Source of the DNA: Candidatus Caenarcanales bacterium
Lineage (GTDB): Bacteria > Cyanobacteriota > Vampirovibrionia > Caenarcaniphilales > Caenarcanaceae
Direction: 5' to 3'
DNA: 64,000 nt
Assembly (NCBI GenBank): GCA_041737745.1
Contig: JBGSRC010000003.1
Coordinates: 36,631 to 100,630 of the forward strand
Of this stretch, positions 1-9,795 are shown in pieces. Both the position numbers and the translations under genes were made by a program. The notes beneath the pieces were generated by a model, which saw only the letters and a list, made by a program, of their open reading frames with translations, had not been told where the DNA came from and ran no database searches. Numbering within the stretch: the stretch's first letter is position 1; the number at the start of each line of letters is the position of its first letter.

Positions 1-146
1 CGCCGAGAGACGAAGCCGTCTTCTAGTTTGTTTGAGGTTTGGCCTATTGGGTTGAAGTTGTATTTTTGGTCTGTGTATTTGTGGATTTCGCGGGCCACTT
101 TGAGGTCGACCCCTGAGGCGAATTTGAATCCTGGTAGTTCGGACAT
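1..146 (-). CDS. 5' part of a hypothetical protein (MSELPGFKFASGVDLKVAREIHKYTDQKYNFNPIGQ...), runs off the window edge
   Basis: ATG at 146 on the minus strand with GAGAGG SD-like sequence upstream; the frame stays open to position 1; not in the supplied track because it is truncated. Confidence 0.6.
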   Translation of the reverse strand, partial: MSELPGFKFASGVDLKVAREIHKYTDQKYNFNPIGQTSNKLEDGFVSR

Positions 147-282
147 ATGTTTGTTGACCTCTCGTATCTCTTATAGTTTTCCTATAGACATCATAGATAT
201 TGGGGGTTAAGGGCTTTGTAAGTATTGTCTATTTTCGGGTTAAGGTGTTTGTTTTCTGGTGAACTTTTTTTCCAAAATTAAA

Positions 283-450
283 GAGGGGGTTTGGGGGCGC
301 GATAGCATAGCGTGAGTGAGGCGGCTAGCCTCCGATATTTCCCCCATCAAGACAACTTGTCCAGCGTGTAGTGATCAGAGAAATGCCGAGATCACTGGAG
401 GGTAATTGATGTATTTTTTTATGGGGCGGCAGCCCCACACCCCGCTTGAA
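283..450. repeat. Intergenic REP-like node (modules C TAGCGTGAGTGAGGCGGCTAG and D GGGGCGGCAGCCCC)
   Basis: Module C variant at 308-328 matches 41196 and 41817; GC hairpin at about 423-445 resembles 17212, 19492 and 26879. Confidence 0.7.
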
Positions 451-504
451 TTTATTGAACCAAGAAAAACTGGAATGATTTCTCTTTAAAGTCCACCATA
501 GTAT

Positions 505-1806
505 CTAAGAAGTGAGAACCCGCTCCTGGCTCCCCTTCATCGCACCCAAATACCACTGGAAAATAGACCGCGCTAAACGCAAAGGACTATGCCTAGCATT
601 ACCCCTTGTATCTTCTAGCTTAGCCCGCAAAACCACCTCAGTAACAAGCCTTTGAGTCTGCACAAAATCTACCTCAAGCCGATTGGGTTCATTGGTGCTA
701 GGCAAAAGCACTGCATCGAGAAAACTCATTCCCATGTGCTGGTTCAGAGCAAGCACAAAGTCAGAAGATTTGTAGCCATTTGTCTCAGCGTCGCAGACCA
801 GATTGCAGACATACATTTTCTTGGCAGAGCTAGTCAGAAGCGCTTGCTTGATTTCCGGAATGATCAGATTGGGCAAGATCGAGGTGTATAGACTACCCGG
901 AGCAATGACAATCAAATCAGCCTCCCCAATTGCCTCCACCGTCTCAGGCAAAGCCGTCGGTCTGTTCTTAATTCTTAGCTCTTTGATTTTTTTGCCGGAA
1001 AAAGGAATCTTCGATTCGCCTTCGACCACAGTTCCATCCTCAAACTCAGCCACCAACTCAACTGAACTGAGCGAAGAAGGCAATACTTCGCCCTCTGTCC
1101 GCAAGATCTGACAAGCAAGGCGAGCGGCCTTGGACATATCGCCGCCACAAATATCACTGAGAGCGGCCAAAAAGAGATTGCCGAGATTGTGCCCAGCGAG
1201 AGTGCCTTGCGTAAAACGATACTGAAAGAGAGAAGTGGTCACCTCTTCTTCTTGCGAGAGCGCCACAATGCAGTTACGCAGATCACCCGGTGGAACGACT
1301 TGCAACTCTTCCCGCAAGCGTCCCGAACTACCACCATCATCACCGACAGCGACAATGGCCGTGATCTTGCTGGAGTAACTCTTTAAGCCCCGCAAAAGAT
1401 TTGAAAGACCAGTGCCCCCACCAATGGCGACAATCTTCGGGCCACGTCCGCGTTTATGCGCCCTGTCGAGAGCAGTGAGAATGATCTGGCTGGTGAGATT
1501 GCTGTCTCCGAGACTAGGACTCTCGCGCAGGGCAATGTTGAGCATTTTGCGCAGAATAGAAGCCATCCCAAGCGAAAGCAATGTACCCCCAACGAGCAGC
1601 ATCACAGTGCCACTCATCGCTGGCGGGAAAGCTTTAGCGACCCAACGCATACTTTGCCAAGCCCAAGTGCTCAGATTTGTCAGTGGTCTCAGCTCAAGCA
1701 AAAGAGCCAAGCCCAGAGTGACAGCCACTAAGCCAAAAGCGAGCAAAATGATCCAGCGCTTTAGGCCAGGCAAAAGATAGGGCCTGATTTTTCGCCAAGG
1801 GTTCAT
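505..1806 (-). CDS. yvcK: YvcK/CofD-like gluconeogenesis factor (UDP-GlcNAc-binding) with two N-terminal TM helices
   Basis: IVAIGGGTGLSNLLRGLK, DDGGSSGRLR, PPGDLRNC, GHNLGNL, APGSLYTSILPNL motifs. Confidence 0.93.
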   Translation of the reverse strand: MNPWRKIRPYLLPGLKRWIILLAFGLVAVTLGLALLLELRPLTNLSTWAWQSMRWVAKAFPPAMSGTVMLLVGGTLLSLGMASILRKMLNIALRESPSLGDSNLTSQIILTALDRAHKRGRGPKIVAIGGGTGLSNLLRGLKSYSSKITAIVAVGDDGGSSGRLREELQVVPPGDLRNCIVALSQEEEVTTSLFQYRFTQGTLAGHNLGNLFLAALSDICGGDMSKAARLACQILRTEGEVLPSSLSSVELVAEFEDGTVVEGESKIPFSGKKIKELRIKNRPTALPETVEAIGEADLIVIAPGSLYTSILPNLIIPEIKQALLTSSAKKMYVCNLVCDAETNGYKSSDFVLALNQHMGMSFLDAVLLPSTNEPNRLEVDFVQTQRLVTEVVLRAKLEDTRGNARHSPLRLARSIFQWYLGAMKGSQERVLTS

Positions 1807-1813
1807 CGGTCAG

Positions 1814-3730
1814 TTATTTGCGGGGGACGGCGAGGTCTTGAATGAAAATGGTGATGACGGGATTGGCCATGCCATATTTTTCTTTCAGTTTTTTGTTCAA
1901 GACATCACTGATCAGACGCTTGAGGAGCGAAATGTCTTTTTGATTTTGCTGAAGTGCCCGCAAAACGGCTATGCGCGCTTCCCGAATGACATTGGCTTCT
2001 ACCTCGATCCATTCTTTAGACGTGGCCAGTGAGCTGCCTGTAGTCTTTAGAGTTGGACCGGCTATCAGTTTGCCTTCCACTGAATCCATAGCCAAAGCGA
2101 TAGTGATATTCCCTTCTTCGCTTAGATTCTTCCGCTCATCAATGGAGCGCGGCGTGAGCGTAGCATCGATCGCTTTGCTGAAGAAAACGGGAGGAGTCTG
2201 CACTGAACCGACCATCTCCGCCTTCATCGTTGCTTGGTCTAAATCGATCGTGTTGCCATTGTCGATGATGAAGATACTACGCGGGTCTAGGCCACATTTG
2301 CCCATAAGCTCGGCGTGCAACACCAGCTGACGAACTTCACCGTGTGAAGGGATGAAATGCTTCGGTCTAGTTAGGTTGTAGAGAAATTTGAGCTCTTCTT
2401 GAGCGGCAATGCTCTGCACATTGACCCCAGCATCACGCCCCCCAATCACCTGAATACCTTGGACAAAAAGCTGATCGACAGCATTGGCCAAAACGCGACT
2501 AGTGCCGAGCGGAGGATTGGCCGAAAGAACAATCACATCACCGTGCTCTAATTCTAGGCTGGCATGACGACGATAGGCGAGCTCCATAAAGGGCTCAAGT
2601 ACTTCTCCTTCGAGAGTACCGAGAATGATCACCGCTCTTTTGTCTTTATCTTTGCTCTCTAGTTCGTCTTCGGCCAAAAATTCAAGACCGAGCTCCTTGT
2701 GGTAACCGAGCTTGCAGCCTGCTTGATAGAAGCGTTTGAGCTGAGCGCCTAACATACAGACCTTACGGCCTTCTTTGGCTGCCGCTCTCAGCAAAACTTC
2801 TAGTCTTTGTGAGCTGGAAGCGCTGGCGAAGACGAAGACTCTTTTTTTGCATTGTTGCAAGATATCGGCCAGTTTTTTCTGGACTGAAAGCTCGCTGGCA
2901 GCGTAGCCTGTCGATTCAACGTTACTGGAGCAAGAGACCAAAATGTCCACTCCCTTTTCGGTAACGCGGCTGGCTATTTCGGTGAGTGAGGTGCGCCCTT
3001 CGATGATCGGGGGAGTATAGTCCATTTTGCCGCCGGCAAAAAAGAAAACGCGTTTTCCTTGCGTTTCGATCAAGAAAGCATAGGCGTCCATGCAGCTAAA
3101 GCCGATCTGGAAGGGAGTAACGATGAAGTTTTGGCCGACCTTGAAGCTTTCGCCATTGGCCAAGACATTCACCTTGAGACCTTCGCGGTTTTCTAGGCTT
3201 TCAGCGCTGATTTCCGCTAAGATCGGCGGCAAAAAGAGATCGGCTGGCTCCAAGGCTTCGATCATGTTCATCAGGGCGCCACAGTGCTCTTCGTGGGGGT
3301 TACTGACTAAAAAGCCTTTGATCTTCGCTTTGTTTTCCGTCAAAAAATCGAGATGAGGCAGCAAATAATCGACACCACCTTTTACACCAAAAGGGGCAAA
3401 GCCCATTCCACAATCGAGAAGCAAGGCTTCGCCAGCGTGTTCTAAGTACCAGCAGCTACGGCCTATTTCGCCTTGACCACCGATGGGGATCATGCGCATT
3501 TTGCCTGCTGTCAGAGGCTGCATCTGTTTTTCTAGACGAGGGGCATTTGCTCTGATCGGAGCAGAGGACTGCGGGCCCTCATTGCCTCCTAAGGTTGGTC
3601 TTGGGCCAGCTTCTCTCGGTCTACTTCCTTGTTGAGAGTTGTAGGGAGATTGGTAGGGTTTGCCTCCGCCTGAGCGCATATCCATACGGCGGGGGCCAGT
3701 TCCGCCCCTTCCTTGGTTTCCTGATGACAT
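1814..3730 (-). CDS. rnj: Ribonuclease J family (MBL/beta-CASP) protein with a degenerate catalytic site
   Basis: IPIGGQGEIG, LLDCGM, PKHFIPSHGE and the C-terminal 'LSEEGNI' region match RNase J; the HxHxDH motif is altered to NPHEEH. Confidence 0.9.
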   Translation of the reverse strand: MSSGNQGRGGTGPRRMDMRSGGGKPYQSPYNSQQGSRPREAGPRPTLGGNEGPQSSAPIRANAPRLEKQMQPLTAGKMRMIPIGGQGEIGRSCWYLEHAGEALLLDCGMGFAPFGVKGGVDYLLPHLDFLTENKAKIKGFLVSNPHEEHCGALMNMIEALEPADLFLPPILAEISAESLENREGLKVNVLANGESFKVGQNFIVTPFQIGFSCMDAYAFLIETQGKRVFFFAGGKMDYTPPIIEGRTSLTEIASRVTEKGVDILVSCSSNVESTGYAASELSVQKKLADILQQCKKRVFVFASASSSQRLEVLLRAAAKEGRKVCMLGAQLKRFYQAGCKLGYHKELGLEFLAEDELESKDKDKRAVIILGTLEGEVLEPFMELAYRRHASLELEHGDVIVLSANPPLGTSRVLANAVDQLFVQGIQVIGGRDAGVNVQSIAAQEELKFLYNLTRPKHFIPSHGEVRQLVLHAELMGKCGLDPRSIFIIDNGNTIDLDQATMKAEMVGSVQTPPVFFSKAIDATLTPRSIDERKNLSEEGNITIALAMDSVEGKLIAGPTLKTTGSSLATSKEWIEVEANVIREARIAVLRALQQNQKDISLLKRLISDVLNKKLKEKYGMANPVITIFIQDLAVPRK

Positions 3731-3819
3731 AAAAATATTTCCTTTAGTTTATAAATAGTCAAGGCTAACAATACATTCTTGGGGGGCTTTTGTCCAGCGC
3801 CTTTTAACTGCAGGTATGC

Positions 3820-3856
3820 AAAAAAGAAAGGTAGACCACGAATGACCTACCTCTCT
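3820..3856 (-). terminator. Probable intrinsic terminator downstream of the small secreted-protein gene
   Basis: Minus strand AGGTAG...CTACCT stem followed by TTCTTTTTT. Confidence 0.6.
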
Positions 3857-3888
3857 TAATTTTTTTTAGATTTATAATCTAAAAATTT

Positions 3889-4161
3889 TTACTGAGCTTG
3901 TTCTGGTGAAGCGGCCCAGTCATAACGACCAGAAGGAACCATCTTAGTATTCACTTTGGTGAAAGTGTAATAATTGTAAGGTAGATCTTTCTTGGCGCAT
4001 GGTTCCAGTCTTACGAGAGGCTCTGGAATGTTAGGTGCGCAACCAAAGCATTCAGGTTCGCACTTAGGGGTGGGGTTGCATTTATCTTCGAACAAAGCAG
4101 CGTTTGCAAATTGTCCGCAGACGAAAGAGATAGCGAGGGCTAAGCCTAATGTTTTCTTCAT
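3889..4161 (-). CDS. Small secreted Cys-rich hypothetical protein
   Basis: MKKTLGLALAISFVCGQFANA is a typical Sec signal; five Cys in the mature part; ATG at 4161 preferred over 4188. Confidence 0.7.
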   Translation of the reverse strand: MKKTLGLALAISFVCGQFANAALFEDKCNPTPKCEPECFGCAPNIPEPLVRLEPCAKKDLPYNYYTFTKVNTKMVPSGRYDWAASPEQAQ

Positions 4162-4268
4162 ATTGTGTCTGTATGCTCCTTGAGTCAAGGGGTTCAGGAA
4201 ATTGGTTGACCAACTTCAATATAATAACCCAAGCCTTGATTTTATAGAAGAGACTATCTAAAAGAATT

Positions 4269-5681
4269 TTAAGGAAGTGGACAACTGATTGCTCGGGCAA
4301 GATCATTTAGATCGAAGAAACCGGCCAATTGCCTGACCTCACCGGACTCTGTCCAAACCCAAGTGGGTAAAGCGAGTAGTGATTGGCATTCGGCTGCTCC
4401 ACTAGAACAATCGATTACCTTGATCTGGTCGGCGGCTACCCCAAACTCACGCATCTGTAAAAAAGTACTCTTGTATGAACCAGCGCTCGGATCGGCAGCA
4501 TTGGTGTTGCCATAAAGAACGGCTTTTTTGCTGGCTAAACACTGAGCCATTCTGTACTGGCTATTTTCAAGGGCATTTCCCACTTGATTTGCGTTGCCGG
4601 CACCACTGGCATAGGCGCTCAGGTAACTTTCTGTAGGTGCTTGGGCCCGCTCAAAGTTTGCTTGTCCAAGATTTTGGTCTAATTGTGGCTGGCTGGCTAA
4701 ATTACTTGCCTGAGGGTTATAGCTGGATTGGCTATAGGTGGTTGCTGGCACAGGTTGCTCAGTAGTGGTTTGCGCTTTTTGCTCAAAATAATCGAAGCTG
4801 GCCACTTGCTGGCTAGAGCTTGCTGGAGCGGAAAAAGAAGACTGGGCAAAAGAACTGTTACTGTTGCTGGCCAAGCTCGGGTCAGGCAAACCACAAGAGA
4901 AAGCCTTGGAGATCGAGGCTAAGCTCTTTTCTGGACCGGGCAGCTTGGTGCCTGTGCTCGGCTGATACCAAGTAGGGAAAGGGTAAGAATTGATTTTGCG
5001 GCATTCGCTCTCATCGCTGCCTTTGCAGTTTTTGAGATTGCTGCTGAGTTGCGCTTCGAAAGCACCCTCAAACATTGCTTTTTGTTTGTTGCAATGTCCA
5101 CAGTTTGGTGAACCGTAGAAATAAACTCCTTTTTGCTTGAGGCAAGAAGCTAGATCTTCCGGAGTTCCGAAATTACTGGAACTTGTAAATTGGGTCTGAG
5201 TGGTGTTAGTTGAGCTGATGCTGGCCGTGTAAGAACTGTTGCTGGTGCTTGTTTGTTTGTTGGCGGCAGCTCGAAGCGCTTCGCGCGGATCGTCTCCACC
5301 GAGAGCGGCGATCACATAGTCGTCACAGCCTGACTGAGAAGCGATAGTGTCGAGATTTGCTTCGCGGACAATCTTGCTGCCATTGGTGAAGTTCCATTGA
5401 GGAAACTTGCCGACTTTGGCGCGGCGGCAGGCGGCTTGACCTTCGGCGGTGGCTCTGCAGTCGACGAATTCGACATTTTTGAAGTAAGTGCCAAAAGATT
5501 CCATCTGCTGCTTGCAATGGCCACATGTCTTGGTTCCGTACATCACGGCTCCTTCTTCTTTGAGGCATTTCGTCAAATATTTGACGGCTTCAGGGTTGCT
5601 GTAAAGTTCAGCCTTAGCCATCCCAGCGAAGCTGAGTAGACAAACAAAAGCTGCTACAAAGACAAATATTTTGCTTCTCAT
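4269..5681 (-). CDS. Secreted protein with three thioredoxin/glutaredoxin-like domains (two CGHC, one degenerate)
   Basis: Signal peptide; repeated 'CL..(K/E).(AV/VY).YG...CGHC..Q...F' and 'P(T/Q)W' units resembling the VKOR-associated Trx domain of cyanobacteria; Ser/Thr/Gln-rich linkers. Confidence 0.8.
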   Translation of the reverse strand: MRSKIFVFVAAFVCLLSFAGMAKAELYSNPEAVKYLTKCLKEEGAVMYGTKTCGHCKQQMESFGTYFKNVEFVDCRATAEGQAACRRAKVGKFPQWNFTNGSKIVREANLDTIASQSGCDDYVIAALGGDDPREALRAAANKQTSTSNSSYTASISSTNTTQTQFTSSSNFGTPEDLASCLKQKGVYFYGSPNCGHCNKQKAMFEGAFEAQLSSNLKNCKGSDESECRKINSYPFPTWYQPSTGTKLPGPEKSLASISKAFSCGLPDPSLASNSNSSFAQSSFSAPASSSQQVASFDYFEQKAQTTTEQPVPATTYSQSSYNPQASNLASQPQLDQNLGQANFERAQAPTESYLSAYASGAGNANQVGNALENSQYRMAQCLASKKAVLYGNTNAADPSAGSYKSTFLQMREFGVAADQIKVIDCSSGAAECQSLLALPTWVWTESGEVRQLAGFFDLNDLARAISCPLP

Positions 5682-5864
5682 CCTATTTTTTCTCCTGTGC
5701 GAAATTATGCCATGGGCTTTCTGGTCTTGGATTTGTCGCTCAAAAGAGCGCCCTGTTCATTGCAAACCGTTAACATTTGCTGCTTAGATGAAAGTTCTTT
5801 AATAATTTGTTCAAAATGTTTGAGCTTTTCGCTTAAGTTACTGCATAGATTGTTTGCAGCAGCG

Positions 5865-6227
5865 ATGATCAACAAAGTCACAGAACTAGCAGACGGCAAA
5901 AAACAAGCGGAAGTCGCTTGGAAAGGCGATCAAAACCGCAAGGCTCAGCTCTTGATGAGCAGCAAAGACAGCCTGAGCAGTGATGGTGAATCTATTCAGG
6001 GCCCTTCGGGCAAAACATATGCGCGTTTGCTCTGGACCAGCGACTCTAGCGAAGCCCAAAAAGACACTTTTATCTTGAACGCAAAAACCGGCAAAGTTGC
6101 TCAGCATACGTCTAAAGATGGCGCTTCTCAAGGTAAGCAAGAGCATGACTATCAGCATCTTAAGCTGGCTAATGCTGAGCAAGCTAATGGGATTGATTGG
6201 GCCAGCGCCGATGCTTCTTTGGCTTAG
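5865..6227 (+). CDS. Hypothetical protein (about 120 aa)
   Basis: Downstream ATG of ORF 5697-6227; sense strand is A/C-rich like other real genes here; no family recognised. Confidence 0.55.
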   Translation: MINKVTELADGKKQAEVAWKGDQNRKAQLLMSSKDSLSSDGESIQGPSGKTYARLLWTSDSSEAQKDTFILNAKTGKVAQHTSKDGASQGKQEHDYQHLKLANAEQANGIDWASADASLA

Positions 6228-6309
6228 CCTAAAAAGATTTTAATATTTTGTGAAAATCCCAGCTGTTGCTGACTTGTATCAGCAGCAGATATTAGAAAGG
6301 ACTTTCTTT

Positions 6310-6750
6310 ATGAACTTAAACTTTAATTGGCTCAACAACCTCAACCCTTTCGCTAAAACTAAAGTCCAAGAAATCAAACCCAAAGAATATACGATAGCCG
6401 GTGCGCCCGCTCAGGACTTCGCAAGAATCGAGATGGGCAAAGATGACTACGTTCTGGACACGGAAGAAATACACAACCGTACTGACAAATACGCTCAAGT
6501 GAACTTTAGTGGCTGGGTTAAAGATGGCTCTGGGCCAGTTTATGTCACTAGTATCTACGATACAAAGAAAAAACAATTCACTGTCCACCGCGAATACAAC
6601 GAAAGGAGCAATAGTTACGGCTCCTACAAAAGCACGATCATGACCAAGGATCAATATGGTGTCTTCGAAAATGAAGGCCTCTTAAAAGGAAAGTATCTCT
6701 CCACCGGTTTCGACAAGCCCTCTTCTCTGGATAAAAAAGCCAAGAAATAA
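6310..6750 (+). CDS. Hypothetical protein (about 146 aa)
   Basis: ATG at 6310 within ORF 6250-6750, preceded by AAAGGA; no family recognised. Confidence 0.65.
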   Translation: MNLNFNWLNNLNPFAKTKVQEIKPKEYTIAGAPAQDFARIEMGKDDYVLDTEEIHNRTDKYAQVNFSGWVKDGSGPVYVTSIYDTKKKQFTVHREYNERSNSYGSYKSTIMTKDQYGVFENEGLLKGKYLSTGFDKPSSLDKKAKK

Positions 6751-6792
6751 AAACTAACTGAGTACAGCCCCGATTCGTATACTTGGGCCTAT

Positions 6793-7878
6793 ATGCTCTC
6801 GCTCACAGAGATTTATCTGGCAAACTTTCGGAACTATAAAGCCGAAGGGAAGAGCTTTGCTTTTTTGCGCCAGCTAGTCTTCATCATCGGTGCCAATGGC
6901 CTCGGCAAAAGCAATCTACTTGACGGCATAAAACTACTTGCTGGCTCACGCTTCGGCCTGCCCAGTCAAGAAGAGTTTTTGGTGAACAGAGAATCTCCAA
7001 GCGAGCCTTATTGTTTAGCGGGAAGATTCCAGGTAAATAGCTCAACGCTCAAAGTCTCTTTGCTTGGGGGCGCAGGCCGGAGGAGAGCAGTCAGCTGCCA
7101 TGGCGAAAAGCTGAAAAGCCTCAGTCAGCTCGGCGAACAAGGAATAGCAGCAGTCAGTTTCAAAGCCCGCGAATCGGTACTAACAATCTCTGGTGGCCCG
7201 GAGAAGCGCCGCGAATGGCTAGATGAACTGCTCTCGGCAGCCGATCCGCTCTACTCCGAAGCACTGCTAATCTACGAAAAAGCCCTTGCCCAGCGCAATA
7301 GATTGCTCCGTGAAGCGCAAGGAAGGCGGATTGCGGCACTAGACTTCGAGATTTGGGAGGAAGAACTAGCTCGCCAAGCCAAAATAATCCAGCCTAAACG
7401 TCAAGCTTTTTGCGAGGGGCAAGCCACAACACTCCAAAAACACTACTATTCGATCGCCGGAACTGAAGGGGACAAAGGGGAACTAGTCTCTTTTGCTTAT
7501 AGCCCTCAGACCGAAGCGGGCAATCTGGCTCAAGGTCTTGCCGAGGCGCGCGAAAAGGACATAGGACGAGGCAGCAGCTCACTAGGTCCCCATCGCGACA
7601 ATATACAGCTGCTCTTTGCCGGTATAGAAGCTAGGCATGTAGCCAGCCAAGGACAGCAGAGGACATTGGCGCTCAGTCTGTTACTTTTGCAGGTCAATCT
7701 AGTCTCTCAAAAACTCGGCCATTGCCCACTGATCCTTCTCGATGATGTTTTGGCTGAGCTAGATGAGGGTCGGCAAGGGCGTTTGCTGGGGGCTTTGCCT
7801 GAGAGCGCTCAGGTTTTTTTTACGTTAAATTCATTGAATATTCATCCTGAACGGGATTTTCAGGTGATCAAGCTTTAG
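6793..7878 (+). CDS. recF: DNA replication and repair protein RecF
   Basis: NFRNY, Walker A GANGLGKSN, ASQGQQRT signature, LLDDVLAELD Walker B. Confidence 0.95.
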   Translation: MLSLTEIYLANFRNYKAEGKSFAFLRQLVFIIGANGLGKSNLLDGIKLLAGSRFGLPSQEEFLVNRESPSEPYCLAGRFQVNSSTLKVSLLGGAGRRRAVSCHGEKLKSLSQLGEQGIAAVSFKARESVLTISGGPEKRREWLDELLSAADPLYSEALLIYEKALAQRNRLLREAQGRRIAALDFEIWEEELARQAKIIQPKRQAFCEGQATTLQKHYYSIAGTEGDKGELVSFAYSPQTEAGNLAQGLAEAREKDIGRGSSSLGPHRDNIQLLFAGIEARHVASQGQQRTLALSLLLLQVNLVSQKLGHCPLILLDDVLAELDEGRQGRLLGALPESAQVFFTLNSLNIHPERDFQVIKL

Positions 7879-8021
7879 GCTCACTTGAGGTTATTGGAAG
7901 TGTCTTTTCTTAAGGAGGTGAATAGCGTCTCCTAGTGAGAGCACACGCGGCTCTTGATTGCCTCCTAACACCCATTGAGGAAGGGAAAGCGCAGCTCACT
8001 CAGTTGAAAAACTCAATCTCC

Positions 8022-9620
8022 CTAAGGCAGTTCCTCTAAACCCAAATAAAAGACCTTGTCAATCGGCTCCAGCGCAGCTATTTTCCCCAAGACAGACTCA
8101 GGGACTATTTCGTCTAAGCTACAAAGCATAAGCGCTCTCTGTTCGGCATCTTTCCGCCCCAAAGTCATGCCGGAAATATTGATCTTGGCTTCCCCTAAAT
8201 AGTTCGCAATGCGAGCAATCACACCAGGCTGGTCTTCGTGAGCGGTCAGCAAAAGATGTCTAGCTGGCGTCATCAAAAAGCGATAGCCGTTCAGGCCAGT
8301 CAGCATCACCTGATCGCCGCTCATAAAGGCTGCTGAGAGAGTGTATTCGCGCTTGTCTGTGCGCAGGCGCAAGGTGATCTCCCGGGCATAATCGCTCCTA
8401 CTGAGGGCGGCGATTTGGGCGAGCTTGATCCCTCGTTCTTCAAGCAATAGCTTGGCGTTCACCAGCGAAACACACTCAAAGTCTTGCGATAAATAGCCAA
8501 CAGCCGCCGCCAAGCAAAGCACAGACCGATCCTTGCTGGCCAGCTCGTCTTCCACTTCCAGCTGCAAGCTTTTCAGGCTTTCGCCTTGAGTTAGTCGCCG
8601 CAAGAAAGCCCCCAGATATTTGGCAAGTTGTATAGGCTTCCTGAGCTCAGCAAAAGCGGAAGCGGCCACTTTTGGTAGGTTAACGGCATTAGCCGAGAAT
8701 TCCCCGCGCAAGACCACCTTCATCTGCTCAGCGACATCAAGGGCGACATTTAGCTGCGCTTCTTCGGTACTGGCTCCTAGGTGCGGAGTCAAGAGGATTT
8801 TGCCTTCTAGCTTCAAGAGCTCACTGTTGGGGTTCAGCGGTTCCTCGTCGAAGACATCGAGCGCGGCTCCGGCGATTTTCCCTTCCTGAATTGCTTTGAT
8901 GAGAGCCTGCTCGTCGACTAGGCCACCACGGGCACAGTTGATGATCCGGACACCGGGTTTCATCAGAGCTAAGCTTTTTTCCCCGATGATGCCTACTGTT
9001 TGGGGGTTTTTTGGTATATGCAGGGTGATAAAATCGCTCCGCGTAAAGAGATTGTCGAGCGCTATCAGCTCTATTCCCATCTCTAGAGCGAGCTCAGCGG
9101 TCAGAAACGGATCGTAGCCCAGTAGTTTCATGCCTATACCTTGGGCTATTTCGGCTACTCGCGATCCGATCTTACCGAGACCTACTATTCCGAGCGTTTT
9201 GCCTCTAAGTTCTTGTCCGAGAAAGTCTTTGCGGCGCCACTCGCCTCTCTGCATGCTAGCTGCTGCTGGCGCTATTTGGCGCACTAGACCGAGCATCATC
9301 GCTATGGTGTGTTCGGCGGCTGAGTTGGTGTTGCCGTCGGGGGAGTTTATTACTACTATGCCTTTTTCGGTGGCAGCTTTAAGGTCTATGTTGTCTACGC
9401 CTACGCCTGCTCGACCAATTGCTTTGAGTTTGGCTGAGGAGGCGTGGATGATATCGGCGTCAACTTTTGTGCCGCTACGCACCATCAGGCCGTCATAGCT
9501 TGCAATGCGCTCAATGATTTCTGTTTTGCTGAGACCGGGTGCATAGTCTAGGTCAGCGAAGCCATCGAATATAGCTAGTCCTTGGGGGTCTAGGGGATCT
9601 GTGATCAGAATTTTGAACAT
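8022..9620 (-). CDS. serA: D-3-phosphoglycerate dehydrogenase (with ASB and ACT domains)
   Basis: GRAGVGVDNID, GLGKIG, NCARGG, TPHLGASTEEAQ, C-terminal DQPGVI ACT domain. Confidence 0.96.
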   Translation of the reverse strand: MFKILITDPLDPQGLAIFDGFADLDYAPGLSKTEIIERIASYDGLMVRSGTKVDADIIHASSAKLKAIGRAGVGVDNIDLKAATEKGIVVINSPDGNTNSAAEHTIAMMLGLVRQIAPAAASMQRGEWRRKDFLGQELRGKTLGIVGLGKIGSRVAEIAQGIGMKLLGYDPFLTAELALEMGIELIALDNLFTRSDFITLHIPKNPQTVGIIGEKSLALMKPGVRIINCARGGLVDEQALIKAIQEGKIAGAALDVFDEEPLNPNSELLKLEGKILLTPHLGASTEEAQLNVALDVAEQMKVVLRGEFSANAVNLPKVAASAFAELRKPIQLAKYLGAFLRRLTQGESLKSLQLEVEDELASKDRSVLCLAAAVGYLSQDFECVSLVNAKLLLEERGIKLAQIAALSRSDYAREITLRLRTDKREYTLSAAFMSGDQVMLTGLNGYRFLMTPARHLLLTAHEDQPGVIARIANYLGEAKINISGMTLGRKDAEQRALMLCSLDEIVPESVLGKIAALEPIDKVFYLGLEELP

Positions 9621-9795
9621 GTTTATATGATTCTAGGTTTACTTATATGGCTTTGCTATTTTAGCTAGCTTTTCAGAAATCCAAATGTGTTTGTTTATAA
9701 GTGAGAGAGCTTCAAGGGTTTTGGTTTTTACTGGTGGTTATGAGAACCAAACCCCCTTTGAATCCTGAAAGAGACTAAAAGATACAGGAAGCCTG

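Noticed and set aside
7880-8021. Possible structured ncRNA between recF and serA
   Set aside because: Only short hairpins, with no recognisable SRP, 6S, tmRNA or riboswitch motif.
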